From Candidatus Methylacidiphilales bacterium (lineage in GTDB: Bacteria > Pseudomonadota > Gammaproteobacteria > JASGCS01), in the NCBI GenBank assembly GCA_030054035.1, contig JASGCS010000001.1:342280-406279 (forward strand): a DNA stretch of 64,000 nucleotides, read 5' to 3'. The position numbers and the translations under genes were made by a program. Below, in pieces: positions 10,641 through 21,425 of the stretch. Each line of letters opens with the position of its first letter. The stretch's first letter is position 1. The notes beneath the pieces were generated by a model that saw nothing but the letters and a program-made list of their open reading frames with translations, was not told the origin of the DNA and made no database searches.

Positions 10641-11369
10641 TTATTGTACTATTTTTGACTCTTCTTGAGCAATGGTGTTTTGAACACGGTCATTTTTAGC
10701 CTGTAAAATAGTATCGACAATAATCTGGACATACAGTTCGATTGATCGTAAAGAATCGTCATTACCTGGAATAACATAGTCCACACCTTTTGGATGGTTA
10801 TTTGTATCTACAATTCCAACAACTGGTATGCCTAACTTTACCGCTTCGCTAACTGCAATATTCTCATGCGCAACATCAATTACAAAGACCATGCTAGGTA
10901 ACTTTTCTATACCACTAATACCACCTAAACCTTTTCTAAGTTTATCTCTTGTTCTTGTGAGTACTAATAATTCTTTTTTAGAGATTTTTTGGATAAAATT
11001 AATGTCTTGAATTTTTTCTTCTATATTTTTTAACTTTGAAATTGATTTTGAGACAGTGTGAAAGTTTGTCAGCATGCCACCTAACCATCGTTCTGAAACA
11101 TATGGCATTTCGCATTTTTTTGCACCATTTTCAATAGAAACTCTCGCTGCATGTTTAGTGCCTACGAAAAGTATGGTTCCAAACGCTAAAGCCTCTTGAT
11201 AAATTGCCTTGTTTGCTAACTCAAATGAGGATTTAGTTTTATCTAAATCTATAATATGAATCTTATTTCGAGATCCATAAATAAAATTTGCATTTTTAGG
11301 ATTCCACTGACTGGTTCTATGGCCATAATGAACACCAGCGTCAAAAAGTTCTTTAATTGATAATTCCAT
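10641..11369 (-). CDS. rpsB: 30S ribosomal protein S2
   Basis: 242 aa; LFDAGVHYGHRTSQWNPK start; divergent from map. Confidence 0.9.
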   Translation of the reverse strand: MELSIKELFDAGVHYGHRTSQWNPKNANFIYGSRNKIHIIDLDKTKSSFELANKAIYQEALAFGTILFVGTKHAARVSIENGAKKCEMPYVSERWLGGMLTNFHTVSKSISKLKNIEEKIQDINFIQKISKKELLVLTRTRDKLRKGLGGISGIEKLPSMVFVIDVAHENIAVSEAVKLGIPVVGIVDTNNHPKGVDYVIPGNDDSLRSIELYVQIIVDTILQAKNDRVQNTIAQEESKIVQ

Positions 11370-11411
11370 ATTTGAGAGATTTTTTCCTTGGTTATTATAC
11401 AGTAAAATGAC

Positions 11412-12188
11412 TTGGAAATGAATAACTACATTAAAAACAAGGAAGAAATTGCTTGCATGAGAAGAGTAGGTAAAATGGCAGCTCAGACATTAGAAATGAT
11501 TGGGCAGTATGTAATAGAGGGTGTTAGCACTAATGAACTAAATGACAGATGTCATGACTACATAACAAAAACACTACATGCTATACCGGCACCTTTAAAC
11601 TATAAGGGCTTTCCAAAATCTATTTGCACTTCCATAAATGAAGAAGTGTGCCATGGCATTCCGTCAGAAAAAAAATTGGCCAATGGAGATATTGTAAATT
11701 TAGATGTAACGGTAATCTTTGAAGGTTTCCATGGAGATACAAGTAAAATGTTCACAGTAGGGACTCCAACTAAAAAATCAAAAAAACTAATCGAAGATAC
11801 ATACAAGGCTCTTTGGCTAGGAATAAAAAAAGCTAAACATGGAGCCAGAATAGGTGATATTGGAGATGTAATATCAAGGTACGCAGCTTCTCAAGGATTA
11901 TCAGTAGTTCAGGAATATTGTGGACATGGTATTGGGAGAAAATTCCATGAATATCCAAATGTCTTACACTTTGGCAATGCGGGAGAAGGGGAAATGCTCT
12001 ATGAAGGCATGACAATTACAATAGAGCCAATGTTAAATATTGGCAAAAGAAATGTTATGGTACTTGAAGACGACTGGACAGTGGTTACCAAAGATGGGAC
12101 ACTATCTGCACAATGGGAACATACAATTCTAATTACAAAATCTAAAGCTGAAGTATTAACACTACGTAATGATGAATGTCTCAACTGA
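11412..12188 (+). CDS. map: Methionine aminopeptidase type I
   Basis: 258 aa; metal-ligand motifs (VCHGIP, DIVNLDV, HGIGR, EPM) recognisable. Confidence 0.9.
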   Translation: MEMNNYIKNKEEIACMRRVGKMAAQTLEMIGQYVIEGVSTNELNDRCHDYITKTLHAIPAPLNYKGFPKSICTSINEEVCHGIPSEKKLANGDIVNLDVTVIFEGFHGDTSKMFTVGTPTKKSKKLIEDTYKALWLGIKKAKHGARIGDIGDVISRYAASQGLSVVQEYCGHGIGRKFHEYPNVLHFGNAGEGEMLYEGMTITIEPMLNIGKRNVMVLEDDWTVVTKDGTLSAQWEHTILITKSKAEVLTLRNDECLN

Positions 12189-13317
12189 AATAATTAGTCA
12201 TCTTACGCAACTAATAAAATTATCATCAATCACGCCTGATGACGCAGGCTGTCAACAATACATTGCAGATCAACTTACGAAAAGCGGATACACCTATATT
12301 GATGTTTCTAAAAATGCCGTTACAAACACTTTGTTTTTCAAAGATAAAAATAAACCATTGCTATTATTTGTTGGGCATACTGATGTTGTTCCACCAGGCC
12401 CACTCGAACTTTGGAATTGCGATCCATTCACTCTAACTATTAATGATGATACGCTGTACGGGAGAGGGGTTGCAGATATGAAGGGGAGCGTATCTGTTAT
12501 GATTAAAATTCTCCAACAATTCAATGATTCTGATAAAAATATTGCGTTATTACTTACCAGCGACGAAGAAGGGGATGCAATAGATGGGGTACGTTTTGCG
12601 ATTTCATCATTACTTACTCAGGGGTTTACTATAGAGCTTGCTATTGTTGGAGAGCCGACTGCGAGTTTATCGAGTGGAGATACAATTAAAATTGGAAGAA
12701 GGGGATCTATTAACTCAACAATCATTGTTAAAGGTAAACCTGGCCATGTTGCTTACCCAGATTTAACAATAAATCCAATAATTCTATCAGTAAAGCCATT
12801 GCAGGCTTTATGTGAAATAGTGTTTGATCTTCCTTGTGAGTCTTTTGATTTAACACAACTTCAATGTACTTCAGTGTATGCAGGAAATAAAGGCTTAAGA
12901 AATGTTATACCTGCAACTGCAACAATAGAATTTAATATTAGGTTTTCGCCAGCATATACTGAAGTACAAATTAAGGAAATAATTTCAAGGCATCTTCAAC
13001 CATTTCAAGACATACTTACCACATCATGGACTAGAGCAAGTCTTCCGTATCTAACAACTAACAAAAAAGCCATCTCATTAATTTCTTCAGCAGTTAAAAG
13101 TGTAACTAAAAAAGATCCGATTTTGAGTACTAGTGGCGGTACATCTGATGGTAGATTTCTATCACATGAATTAATTCCTGTAATTGAACTAGGTCCTCCA
13201 AATGCAACAATACACAAACCCAATGAGCAAATACTATTGCGCGATTTAGAATCTTTATATACGTGTTACTACCAAATTGTACAAGCTTATTTTCCAGACT
13301 GCACTAAGGTACCTTGA
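12169..13317 (+). CDS. dapE: Succinyl-diaminopimelate desuccinylase
   Basis: 382 aa M20 peptidase; SITPDDAGCQ and GHTDVVPPGP motifs typical of DapE. Confidence 0.85.
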   Translation: MMNVSTEIISHLTQLIKLSSITPDDAGCQQYIADQLTKSGYTYIDVSKNAVTNTLFFKDKNKPLLLFVGHTDVVPPGPLELWNCDPFTLTINDDTLYGRGVADMKGSVSVMIKILQQFNDSDKNIALLLTSDEEGDAIDGVRFAISSLLTQGFTIELAIVGEPTASLSSGDTIKIGRRGSINSTIIVKGKPGHVAYPDLTINPIILSVKPLQALCEIVFDLPCESFDLTQLQCTSVYAGNKGLRNVIPATATIEFNIRFSPAYTEVQIKEIISRHLQPFQDILTTSWTRASLPYLTTNKKAISLISSAVKSVTKKDPILSTSGGTSDGRFLSHELIPVIELGPPNATIHKPNEQILLRDLESLYTCYYQIVQAYFPDCTKVP

Positions 13318-14768
13318 CCAGTAATAGTAATTACGCGATCACATAACGCAGCCACTATTTTTGGATCATGGGTTATGACAAAATAACTAAGCCTATTTTC
13401 TTTTCTAATTTCTTGTAACAATGAAACTATAGCAAATCCAGCAAAACTATCTAGCGCGCTAGTTGGTTCGTCGAGTATGATAAGGTCCGGATTAGTTAGT
13501 AAGGCACGTGCAATTGCGACTCTTTGTTTTTGCCCACCAGATAGTTCACTTGGGTAACGCGTAATCAGATGCAAAGATAATTCTACCTGTTGAAATATTT
13601 TCGATATTTGATTTTCAATTTCTCTTTCTGAAACTTTAATGGGCTTTTGTTCCAAAGCTTCAAATAAAGATTGATATACTGTTCTTTTAGGGGATAAGTA
13701 AGCATGAGGGTCTTGAAATACGGCTTGAGTAATCATCCGCTCAGATTTTTTATTTTCTGCTCTGCTAATAGACCCCCGGTACTTACAAAGTTCAAGAAGA
13801 CACATAGCAATAGTTGTTTTTCCACTTCCAGATGGACCAACGCACCCTAAAGACTCCCCCCGATAAATTTCAAAAGCAATATCAGTAATTATGTTATGTT
13901 TTGATTTACTAAATAGGCTGTTGTTTGATTTTTTAGTTACAGTTAAATCTGAAACTGTAACTAAAGTCTCGGTACAATCAAATTGTAATTTTGTTTTTTG
14001 TATTGTAAAATCATTTACTGATTTTATTAATTTTTTGGTGTATTGATGTTTAGGATACTGCATAATATCTTTTGGATTAGTTACCTCTACAATTGATCCG
14101 TTATATAAGACCATAGTTTTATCGGCGCAATAATTAGCTAACATGATGTCATGTGTGACAAATATAATTGAAATATTATTTGTCTCACGAAGTTTTTGTA
14201 ATAATTCAATAAATATTTTTTGATTTTCAGAATCTAAAGCGCTAGTTGGTTCATCGGCGAGTAAAAGTAAAGGTTTAGTATGTAATGCGATTGCTATTGC
14301 AACTCGCTGTCTTTCACCTCCAGAAAGCTGATGGGGGTAACTCTGTAATACTCGCTTAGGATTTTTCAAACCAACGGTAAGTAATAAATGAATTAACTCT
14401 TCATGAGTGGCTTTTAAAGGAGATACTTCAGTGAGTTGAGACTGAATCTTCATCAATGGACTTAAACTACTTAAAGGCTCTTGGCCAATTAAATTTATTA
14501 CTTTCCCACGTAACGACTGCAATCGATTTACCGTTGGCGATAAAAATATTTCCTGCTTAATTGCAATCTCACCGATCATGCTCATAGAAGAAGGGATAAG
14601 TCCGAGTAAAGACCGTAATAAAATGGATTTACCTGAGCCAGATTCACCAATAACAGATACCCATTCCTGAGACTGTAATTCAAACGCAATATTTTGTAGA
14701 ATCGGGATTTTGGATTGTTCTACCACCACATTAAGATTTTTAATATTAATTAGATTGTTGTGAGTCAT
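13287..14768 (-). CDS. ABC transporter ATP-binding protein with duplicated ABC domains (YejF-like)
   Basis: Two Walker A motifs (GESGSGKS, GPSGSGKT) and two LSGG signatures (LSGGERQR, LSGGQKQR) in one polypeptide. The start is set at the Met at 14768 rather than the track start at 14807. Confidence 0.8.
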   Translation of the reverse strand: MTHNNLINIKNLNVVVEQSKIPILQNIAFELQSQEWVSVIGESGSGKSILLRSLLGLIPSSMSMIGEIAIKQEIFLSPTVNRLQSLRGKVINLIGQEPLSSLSPLMKIQSQLTEVSPLKATHEELIHLLLTVGLKNPKRVLQSYPHQLSGGERQRVAIAIALHTKPLLLLADEPTSALDSENQKIFIELLQKLRETNNISIIFVTHDIMLANYCADKTMVLYNGSIVEVTNPKDIMQYPKHQYTKKLIKSVNDFTIQKTKLQFDCTETLVTVSDLTVTKKSNNSLFSKSKHNIITDIAFEIYRGESLGCVGPSGSGKTTIAMCLLELCKYRGSISRAENKKSERMITQAVFQDPHAYLSPKRTVYQSLFEALEQKPIKVSEREIENQISKIFQQVELSLHLITRYPSELSGGQKQRVAIARALLTNPDLIILDEPTSALDSFAGFAIVSLLQEIRKENRLSYFVITHDPKIVAALCDRVITITGQGTLVQSGK

Positions 14769-15762
14769 CTTTAAATACATCCCGAATTCCTTCACCAATA
14801 AACACAAATGAAACTAAAAAAATTAATAACACAGTAAACGACGTTGCGCTTAACCACCAAGCATCTATATGCCCTCTGGCTTGATTTAACAACTCACCTA
14901 GACTTGGGTACGAATCACCCACCCCCAAACCCAGAAAATCTAAACTGGTAAGTGCCAATAAAGTTGCTCCAAGCCTAAATGGGAAGAGAGTAATTATAGG
15001 AATCAAAGTATTTGGAAGTATATGTCTCATTATGATTTTGATATGACTAAGACCTAAAGATTTGGCTGCAAGTACATATTCTTTTTGTTTAATTCTTAGA
15101 AACTCTGCTCTGGCATAATCATTAAAACTAATCCAAGAAAAAAGGGAAAGAATTATAAATAAAATCAATAATGATGAATCAAATAATGTGGACGCTAACA
15201 ACAATATATACAGCTCTGGAAGCGCAGACCACACTTCAATGCATCTCTGAATAATTAGATCATACTTACCTCCTGCGTATCCTTGTACAGCACCTAAGAA
15301 TACCCCGATAAGCGCTGATACTATAGTAACTGCTAATGCAAATAATATGTTTAATCTCACACCATATAAAATTCTCGCAAGCACATCCCTCCCTCGATCA
15401 TCAGTTCCAAGAAAGTTTATACTTGATGGTGGTGATGGGAAAGGATTATTATTTAAATTATTTACTGAATTATAAGAAAATTTAATTGGAGGATATATCA
15501 CCCAGTTGCCATTTTGTTGCCAAAGTGACTTTACCTGCTCACTTTGATAATCGATTTCTTTATAATTCAATAAAAACGTACTTGGTTCATAATGAATATA
15601 AACTGGAAAAAATAGAGAGCCTTGATAATAGACTACAATAGGTTTATCATTGCATAGTAATTCGGAAAGTAAACTAAAAAATAATAGTAGTAAAACAATA
15701 ATACTGGCGCCGAGAGCGTATTTATTCTTTCTAAATTTCTGAAATAAATTTTTCCGATCCAT
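14746..15762 (-). CDS. Peptide ABC transporter permease (YejE/OppC-like)
   Basis: 338 aa polytopic membrane protein with long N-terminal periplasmic region; ABC permease EAA-like loop; operon context. Confidence 0.75.
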   Translation of the reverse strand: MDRKNLFQKFRKNKYALGASIIVLLLLFFSLLSELLCNDKPIVVYYQGSLFFPVYIHYEPSTFLLNYKEIDYQSEQVKSLWQQNGNWVIYPPIKFSYNSVNNLNNNPFPSPPSSINFLGTDDRGRDVLARILYGVRLNILFALAVTIVSALIGVFLGAVQGYAGGKYDLIIQRCIEVWSALPELYILLLASTLFDSSLLILFIILSLFSWISFNDYARAEFLRIKQKEYVLAAKSLGLSHIKIIMRHILPNTLIPIITLFPFRLGATLLALTSLDFLGLGVGDSYPSLGELLNQARGHIDAWWLSATSFTVLLIFLVSFVFIGEGIRDVFKDDSQQSN

Positions 15763-15763
15763 T

Positions 15764-16822
15764 TTATTTGTGACTATTAAAATTTATTCTTGGATCGACT
15801 ATTATATACAGAATATCGGTAATAAGCTTTCCCACTAATGCAACGATAGAAAAAAGAAAGATGAGTGCAAGTAGTATGGGATAATCTCTATTAATGGCTG
15901 CCTCATAACCCAACAACCCTAACCCATCAAGTGAGAATATTATTTCAATGAGTAAATTACCAGAAAAAAATGCAAATAAAAATTGAGTTGGAAAACCAGT
16001 TAAAATCGGAATAGATGCATTTGGAAGTAAATGTCTATAAAATACTTTAGACTCTGTTAAACCTTTTGCTCTTGCAATTAAAACATATTGTTTTTCAACT
16101 TCATCTAAAATTGAATTTTTAGTTAACAAAGAAATAAAAGCAAAGCCCGATAACGACAAACATACAATAGGAAGAAAGATATGCCAAAGATAGTCAAGGA
16201 GCTTACCTATCATGGTTAACTCTTCCCAGTTATCTGATGTGATTCCTCTTAAAGGAAATAACGGTAGCGCTCCCCCTCCTCCAAATAACGCAATAAGAGC
16301 AATCGCTAGAATAAATCCCGGAACTGAATACATGATAAGCAATAAAGTTGTGCTAGCGTTGTCGAACACAGATCCAGCACGAATTGCTTTAGAAATTCCT
16401 AAAGGGATTGCAAATAAATAGGTAAGTAAGAAAGTCCACACACCCAAACTAATTGAGACAGGTAGCTTCGTAAGAATCACAGAAGCGACAGAACCCTGTT
16501 GATAATAAGATACTCCAAAATCAAATAAAATTAAATTTTTTACCGTTGCTGCGTAGCGAGTTAATAAAGGTTGATCAAATCCATATATTTTTTTAATGGC
16601 TTCAACTTGTTCTTCACTTATAGTTTGGTATTCAATAACTTTATTTTTAGAAGTTAGTGCGGTAGAAACTTCGCCTGTGGCGTTCAACTTTTGCATTGCT
16701 AGATAATGTTCGACAGGGCCGCCTGGAACAAATTGTATTATCAAAAATGTTATGGATATTACTCCAAACAAAGTTGGAATCATTAATAAAATACGAATTA
16801 CCACATACTTAATTAGTGTCAT
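15764..16822 (-). CDS. Peptide ABC transporter permease (YejB/OppB-like)
   Basis: 352 aa membrane protein; operon context between the binding protein and the second permease. Confidence 0.75.
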   Translation of the reverse strand: MTLIKYVVIRILLMIPTLFGVISITFLIIQFVPGGPVEHYLAMQKLNATGEVSTALTSKNKVIEYQTISEEQVEAIKKIYGFDQPLLTRYAATVKNLILFDFGVSYYQQGSVASVILTKLPVSISLGVWTFLLTYLFAIPLGISKAIRAGSVFDNASTTLLLIMYSVPGFILAIALIALFGGGGALPLFPLRGITSDNWEELTMIGKLLDYLWHIFLPIVCLSLSGFAFISLLTKNSILDEVEKQYVLIARAKGLTESKVFYRHLLPNASIPILTGFPTQFLFAFFSGNLLIEIIFSLDGLGLLGYEAAINRDYPILLALIFLFSIVALVGKLITDILYIIVDPRINFNSHK

Positions 16823-18546
16823 TTCTCAATCCACCAAGTTGTAAGCATCCATTCTAACGCATTATAATATTTAGGTAACACACTAGGATGTTTAAGTGAA
16901 CTGGAATAGGCAACCCGATGATAATTTAAATACCAGTTGGGTACAACCAACCATTGACTCATAAGCACACGATCAAGTAAATTTGTAGATTTTAGAAGTG
17001 CCGAAGAATTATTCGACCTAACCACAATATCGATTAATCTGTCTACAGTCGTATTGCTTATACCGGTATAATTATCCTGACCTTCAATATTTACAGATTT
17101 GGAGTGAAAATAGTTATACAACTCATTACCCGGTCGCTCGCCAGATGGAAAAGTAACTACAAGCATATCATAGTCAAATTTATTTATTTTTTGCTGATAG
17201 AGAGCAAAATCATAAACTTTATATCGAAGCGTTACACCAATAAGTGATAAATAATACGCATAACGGTGAAGTATTCTCTCAAAACCACCTTGCACAAGTG
17301 GTAATTCAATATTCATGCTTTTTACTCCTGCATCTTCCATTAGTCGTAAAGATTCTTTGAGTCTGTTTTCAAAATCTGAAGAAAGTATTTTTTCATAATA
17401 CGCAGAATCATACAATACTTCATTGCCAAATTCATTTTTTATTGATTCTGGGATTTGAATATTTGATTTTGCACCAAATATACTGTTACTAAAATAACTA
17501 GCAGATCTAACATACTGATTATAAAAAAGATGTCGATTTGCCCATTCAAAATCAAATAACAACGCAATTGCTTTTCGGACATTTTTATTTTGAAATTTTA
17601 ATTTTCGTAAATTAAAACTAAACCCTTGCATGCCTGCATTGTTATCATAATGGAACTCTCTAGCAACTAACGAACTTGTGATAAATCCTCCTCGATTATA
17701 TGCGGTAGCCCATCTTTTTGAATTAGATTCACTTATCCAATCAATATCGCCAGATTGTAAGGCTTGTAACGCAATGGTTGGGTCCTTAAAATACTTGAAT
17801 GTAATTTTAGAGAAATTAAACATGCCGTTCCTAACTAGCAATGATCGAGCCCAATAGTTCTCGTTTCTTTTATAAACAATAAATTTACCAAATTGATACT
17901 TATCGACAAGATACGCACCTGAACTAATTGGTTGTTTGTTTGATAATGTGCTCACTACTCCATCAGCAATCCATTGCTTAGAAAAAATAGGTATAGTAGT
18001 CGCTATGATGAATGGTAATTCGGGATTTTTATTACGAAGTATAAATTCGACCGTATGCAAAGCATTTGATTGCACAGCCAAAATATCTTTATAATAATTA
18101 ATGTACCTAGGATGTGATCCTGAAGAGACTAAAATTTTATATGATGCAACCACGTCGTCAGCAGTAATTCTAGAACCATCGCTAAAAGTTGCGTTAGGAT
18201 TAAGTGTAAAAACAACTTTTTTTTCATCTTCACTTATTGAGACAGACTTAGCAATCAGGCCATAAGCTACTAAAGGCTCATCCATGCTTTGAGAAAACAA
18301 GGTATCATAAAGCAAGTAATCAGAAGCCATCGCGCCTTGGTTCTTTAATGCAAACGGGTATAAGCTATCAAAATATCCAATTGCTGGAAGAGAGACTGCG
18401 CCAATAGTATTAATATTCTTTTGAACATAAGAAAATTTTGTATCATTTAATTGGTATTTTGGCGTGCTACTTATTGCTATAAAATAATTAGCAAGTGCAC
18501 TTTGCCAACATACGAAAAGATAGCATAAAAATAATAAATTCTTCAT
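16819..18546 (-). CDS. Periplasmic substrate-binding protein, family 5 (YejA/OppA-like)
   Basis: 575 aa with signal peptide; size and operon position typical of cluster C / family 5 solute-binding proteins. Confidence 0.7.
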   Translation of the reverse strand: MKNLLFLCYLFVCWQSALANYFIAISSTPKYQLNDTKFSYVQKNINTIGAVSLPAIGYFDSLYPFALKNQGAMASDYLLYDTLFSQSMDEPLVAYGLIAKSVSISEDEKKVVFTLNPNATFSDGSRITADDVVASYKILVSSGSHPRYINYYKDILAVQSNALHTVEFILRNKNPELPFIIATTIPIFSKQWIADGVVSTLSNKQPISSGAYLVDKYQFGKFIVYKRNENYWARSLLVRNGMFNFSKITFKYFKDPTIALQALQSGDIDWISESNSKRWATAYNRGGFITSSLVAREFHYDNNAGMQGFSFNLRKLKFQNKNVRKAIALLFDFEWANRHLFYNQYVRSASYFSNSIFGAKSNIQIPESIKNEFGNEVLYDSAYYEKILSSDFENRLKESLRLMEDAGVKSMNIELPLVQGGFERILHRYAYYLSLIGVTLRYKVYDFALYQQKINKFDYDMLVVTFPSGERPGNELYNYFHSKSVNIEGQDNYTGISNTTVDRLIDIVVRSNNSSALLKSTNLLDRVLMSQWLVVPNWYLNYHRVAYSSSLKHPSVLPKYYNALEWMLTTWWIEK

Positions 18547-18570
18547 AATTTATTGGGTATAATAAACATT

Positions 18571-19392
18571 ATGTTACATGATAAAGTAATCGTTATCACA
18601 GGTGTTGCAAATCAAAGATCAATTGCCTACGGAGTAGCTCATGCATGCGCTAGACATGGCGCCACACTTATCGTTGTTATTCAAAGTGAAAGATTCAAAT
18701 CAAGGGCTGAAGAATTAATTCTTCAGTGCGGTAAATATCACAATAAAAAACATACAATTTTTATTTGTGACGCTGCTTATGACGATCAATTACAACAATT
18801 AAGTCTTGACATTGCAAGTATTACAGAACGTATTGATGTATTTGTCCATTCTATCGCATTTGCTAATAGAGATGAAATAAAAGGGGCATTTCATGATGTC
18901 ACAACTAGAAGTGGTTTTCTTCTCGCGCATGATATCAGTTCATACACACTTGTAGCATTTTCAAAATTCTTATTACCCCTATTAAAGAAATCTCAATCAG
19001 CAAGTATAATTACAATGACATACTATGGATCTGAAAAAGTTATACCTAACTACAATGTTATGGGCGTGGCCAAAGCTTCACTTGAGGCTTGCGTTCGATA
19101 TCTTGCAGCATCACTTGGTAGTGATGGGGTACGAGTAAATGCCCTCTCACCAGGTCCAATACAAACATTAGCGGCTTCAGGCATTACCGGACTTAGCAAA
19201 ATGATTCAAGCAACAAAAGAAAACTCACCGTTAAAAAAATCACTTACTATTGAAGATGTCGGTAATGTTGCCGTATTTCTAGCCTCCGATCTTTCTCAAG
19301 CAATTAGTGGTGAAATAATTCATGTTGATAATGGATCGCATTGCATGGGAATCAACATCAAAAATGATGACAATAGATCAGATATTAGTTAG
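18571..19392 (+). CDS. fabI: Enoyl-ACP reductase (NADH)
   Basis: Near-colinear to FabI: ITGVANQRSIAYG, HSIAFA, catalytic Tyr-x6-Lys region NYNVMGVAKASLEA, GVRVNALSPGPIQTLAA. The start is set at the ATG at 18571; the track ORF begins at a TTG at 18553. Confidence 0.85.
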   Translation: MLHDKVIVITGVANQRSIAYGVAHACARHGATLIVVIQSERFKSRAEELILQCGKYHNKKHTIFICDAAYDDQLQQLSLDIASITERIDVFVHSIAFANRDEIKGAFHDVTTRSGFLLAHDISSYTLVAFSKFLLPLLKKSQSASIITMTYYGSEKVIPNYNVMGVAKASLEACVRYLAASLGSDGVRVNALSPGPIQTLAASGITGLSKMIQATKENSPLKKSLTIEDVGNVAVFLASDLSQAISGEIIHVDNGSHCMGINIKNDDNRSDIS

Positions 19393-21394
19393 TATTTAAC
19401 AATTTTTCATACTCGGGCTTTAAAACTACCTCCGCGTTATCACGCAAATAATTCCCAAGGGAATCAATACCAACACTTTGAATTAAGTTTTCAAAAACAG
19501 TTATAGATTGTAAGGTGAAAGCAATCTCAGTCTCATCCTTGGTAGGATCTTTTTTATTTCTCAATTTTTCTAAATAATCTTTAGGGTTTTTAATCGTAAA
19601 AATATCTGAAACCCATTGTTCACTTGGCAGACTTATATCATGGTAGTTATAAATCAAAACATCACCTTGTGGTAGGGCAAATTTATAATACTTTGATTTA
19701 TCTCCTTTGGCATTAAGTTGGTAAAGTACATTAAAAAAATCATCTGGTAATTGTAATTGAGGATTGAGTCGATACACAGCAATATCACCAATTTTAATAA
19801 TATTACTACTTAGTATATTTTCAATAATTTTAATTTCTACAGATGGTTGATTTATTTTACTCAGCTTTTCGTCTGCAAGTTTAGATGCGGCTAAAGTAGC
19901 TTTTTCATATTTCCAAGCGACAATTACTTCATTTTTAACCATATCTAATTTAGGAATATACGACGGTGAATAATTATTTATTTGATAAACCATTACCGAA
20001 TCATCAGATAAGGTTACAATTTCACTCATGCCTTGAGGGTTCGTTTTTGCTAAATTAAAAGCCTGTTTTCTTAAAATGTTGTTAGTGAAATGACCGTCCC
20101 CTTTGCTGTAATCCATAGAATTAGTTTTTAATAGATTGCCATTAAATGAAGATGCGATGATTTCTAGATTTTGAGATGTCTTTTGTAGCATTTTTTGTAA
20201 TAAATCTAATTTTTCAGCATAGATATTGCTTTTCCGTTCATCAATCAAAGATAATAAAATTTGTTGTCTCATTTCATCTAGTGGAGCTACTTGCCCATTT
20301 TTAATATTTTCTAAATAAATTAAATGATAACCAAATTGCGACTTTATCACATTACTTATTGGATTTTGTAAAGTTAAAGAGAAAAGTGATTTTTCAAAAT
20401 CAGGATCTGTGTCGCCTTTACCAAGCCAACCAAGATCGCCGCCCATATTTTTAGTTGCGATATCTTCAGATATAGTAGCTGCTATTTTGTTAAATTCAGC
20501 TAACGAATTAGTATTCTTTTTTATGGATTGTAATTTATTAATAACTTCCTCTTCGTTTTTCTCGCTTTTAGGTAAGGTTAATAAAATATGAGCTGCTTTT
20601 CGTTTTTGCACAAGTTCTTGATTGGCAAAATTTATTTTATAAAATTCTTTGATTTCTTCTTCGCTGGGCATTTGAACATTTTTTGTAAGTTCGTCTTTAT
20701 TTAGCACCACATACTTAACATCAAGCGATTCTTTTGTTTTAAATTTTTCAGAATATTTTAAATAGTAATCTTGCAATTCTTTTTCAGAAGGTTCGACATC
20801 AGCAATTAAATTTTTTGCAGAAATAAAGTATAAGGTTGTGTTTCTTTTTTCATTTAATAATTTAATTAAATGTTTAATTTCCCAATTGTTTGGTAATTCT
20901 GATTTGGTTAAAGTTTTTGTAATTTGTTCTTTTTTTATTAAATTTTTATATCGGTTAACAAAAGATTCAATCGTTAGCCCACTTTCAATAATAAAACTGT
21001 TAAATTTTGCATAATCAAATTTTCCATCTGTTTGAAAGTTAGGTATTTTCTCAACTGACTCTTTTAAGTATTCATCGGTAATGTTCATATTAAATTTATC
21101 TGCGGCAAACTCAAATAATAATTTATCCATTAACCCTGCCAACGCTAAGGACTCAAGTTTTTTAGGGTCTTGTAATTCATCAGGAATTTTACCTTGATTG
21201 TTTGAAATAACTTGGGACAATATTTCAGACTGGGTTTCTTTTAAATCAGATAAAGTGATTTTTTTGCCGTTTATTTTTCCAATAATACCCTCTTGAAAGT
21301 TATAGTCAAAATAACCATAAACCCCCCAAAAAGTAAAAGGAATTAATACTATTGTAATTACAAAAATTGAGAAAAATTTTTTCCAGCGTTCCAT
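19385..21394 (-). CDS. ppiD: Periplasmic chaperone / parvulin-type peptidyl-prolyl isomerase PpiD
   Basis: 669 aa, N-terminal membrane anchor, central parvulin-like segment (GGDLGW…FGYHLIYL). Confidence 0.75.
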   Translation of the reverse strand: MERWKKFFSIFVITIVLIPFTFWGVYGYFDYNFQEGIIGKINGKKITLSDLKETQSEILSQVISNNQGKIPDELQDPKKLESLALAGLMDKLLFEFAADKFNMNITDEYLKESVEKIPNFQTDGKFDYAKFNSFIIESGLTIESFVNRYKNLIKKEQITKTLTKSELPNNWEIKHLIKLLNEKRNTTLYFISAKNLIADVEPSEKELQDYYLKYSEKFKTKESLDVKYVVLNKDELTKNVQMPSEEEIKEFYKINFANQELVQKRKAAHILLTLPKSEKNEEEVINKLQSIKKNTNSLAEFNKIAATISEDIATKNMGGDLGWLGKGDTDPDFEKSLFSLTLQNPISNVIKSQFGYHLIYLENIKNGQVAPLDEMRQQILLSLIDERKSNIYAEKLDLLQKMLQKTSQNLEIIASSFNGNLLKTNSMDYSKGDGHFTNNILRKQAFNLAKTNPQGMSEIVTLSDDSVMVYQINNYSPSYIPKLDMVKNEVIVAWKYEKATLAASKLADEKLSKINQPSVEIKIIENILSSNIIKIGDIAVYRLNPQLQLPDDFFNVLYQLNAKGDKSKYYKFALPQGDVLIYNYHDISLPSEQWVSDIFTIKNPKDYLEKLRNKKDPTKDETEIAFTLQSITVFENLIQSVGIDSLGNYLRDNAEVVLKPEYEKLLNTN

Positions 21395-21425
21395 AGTGAT
21401 TTATATTTTACATTAAAATAATCAA

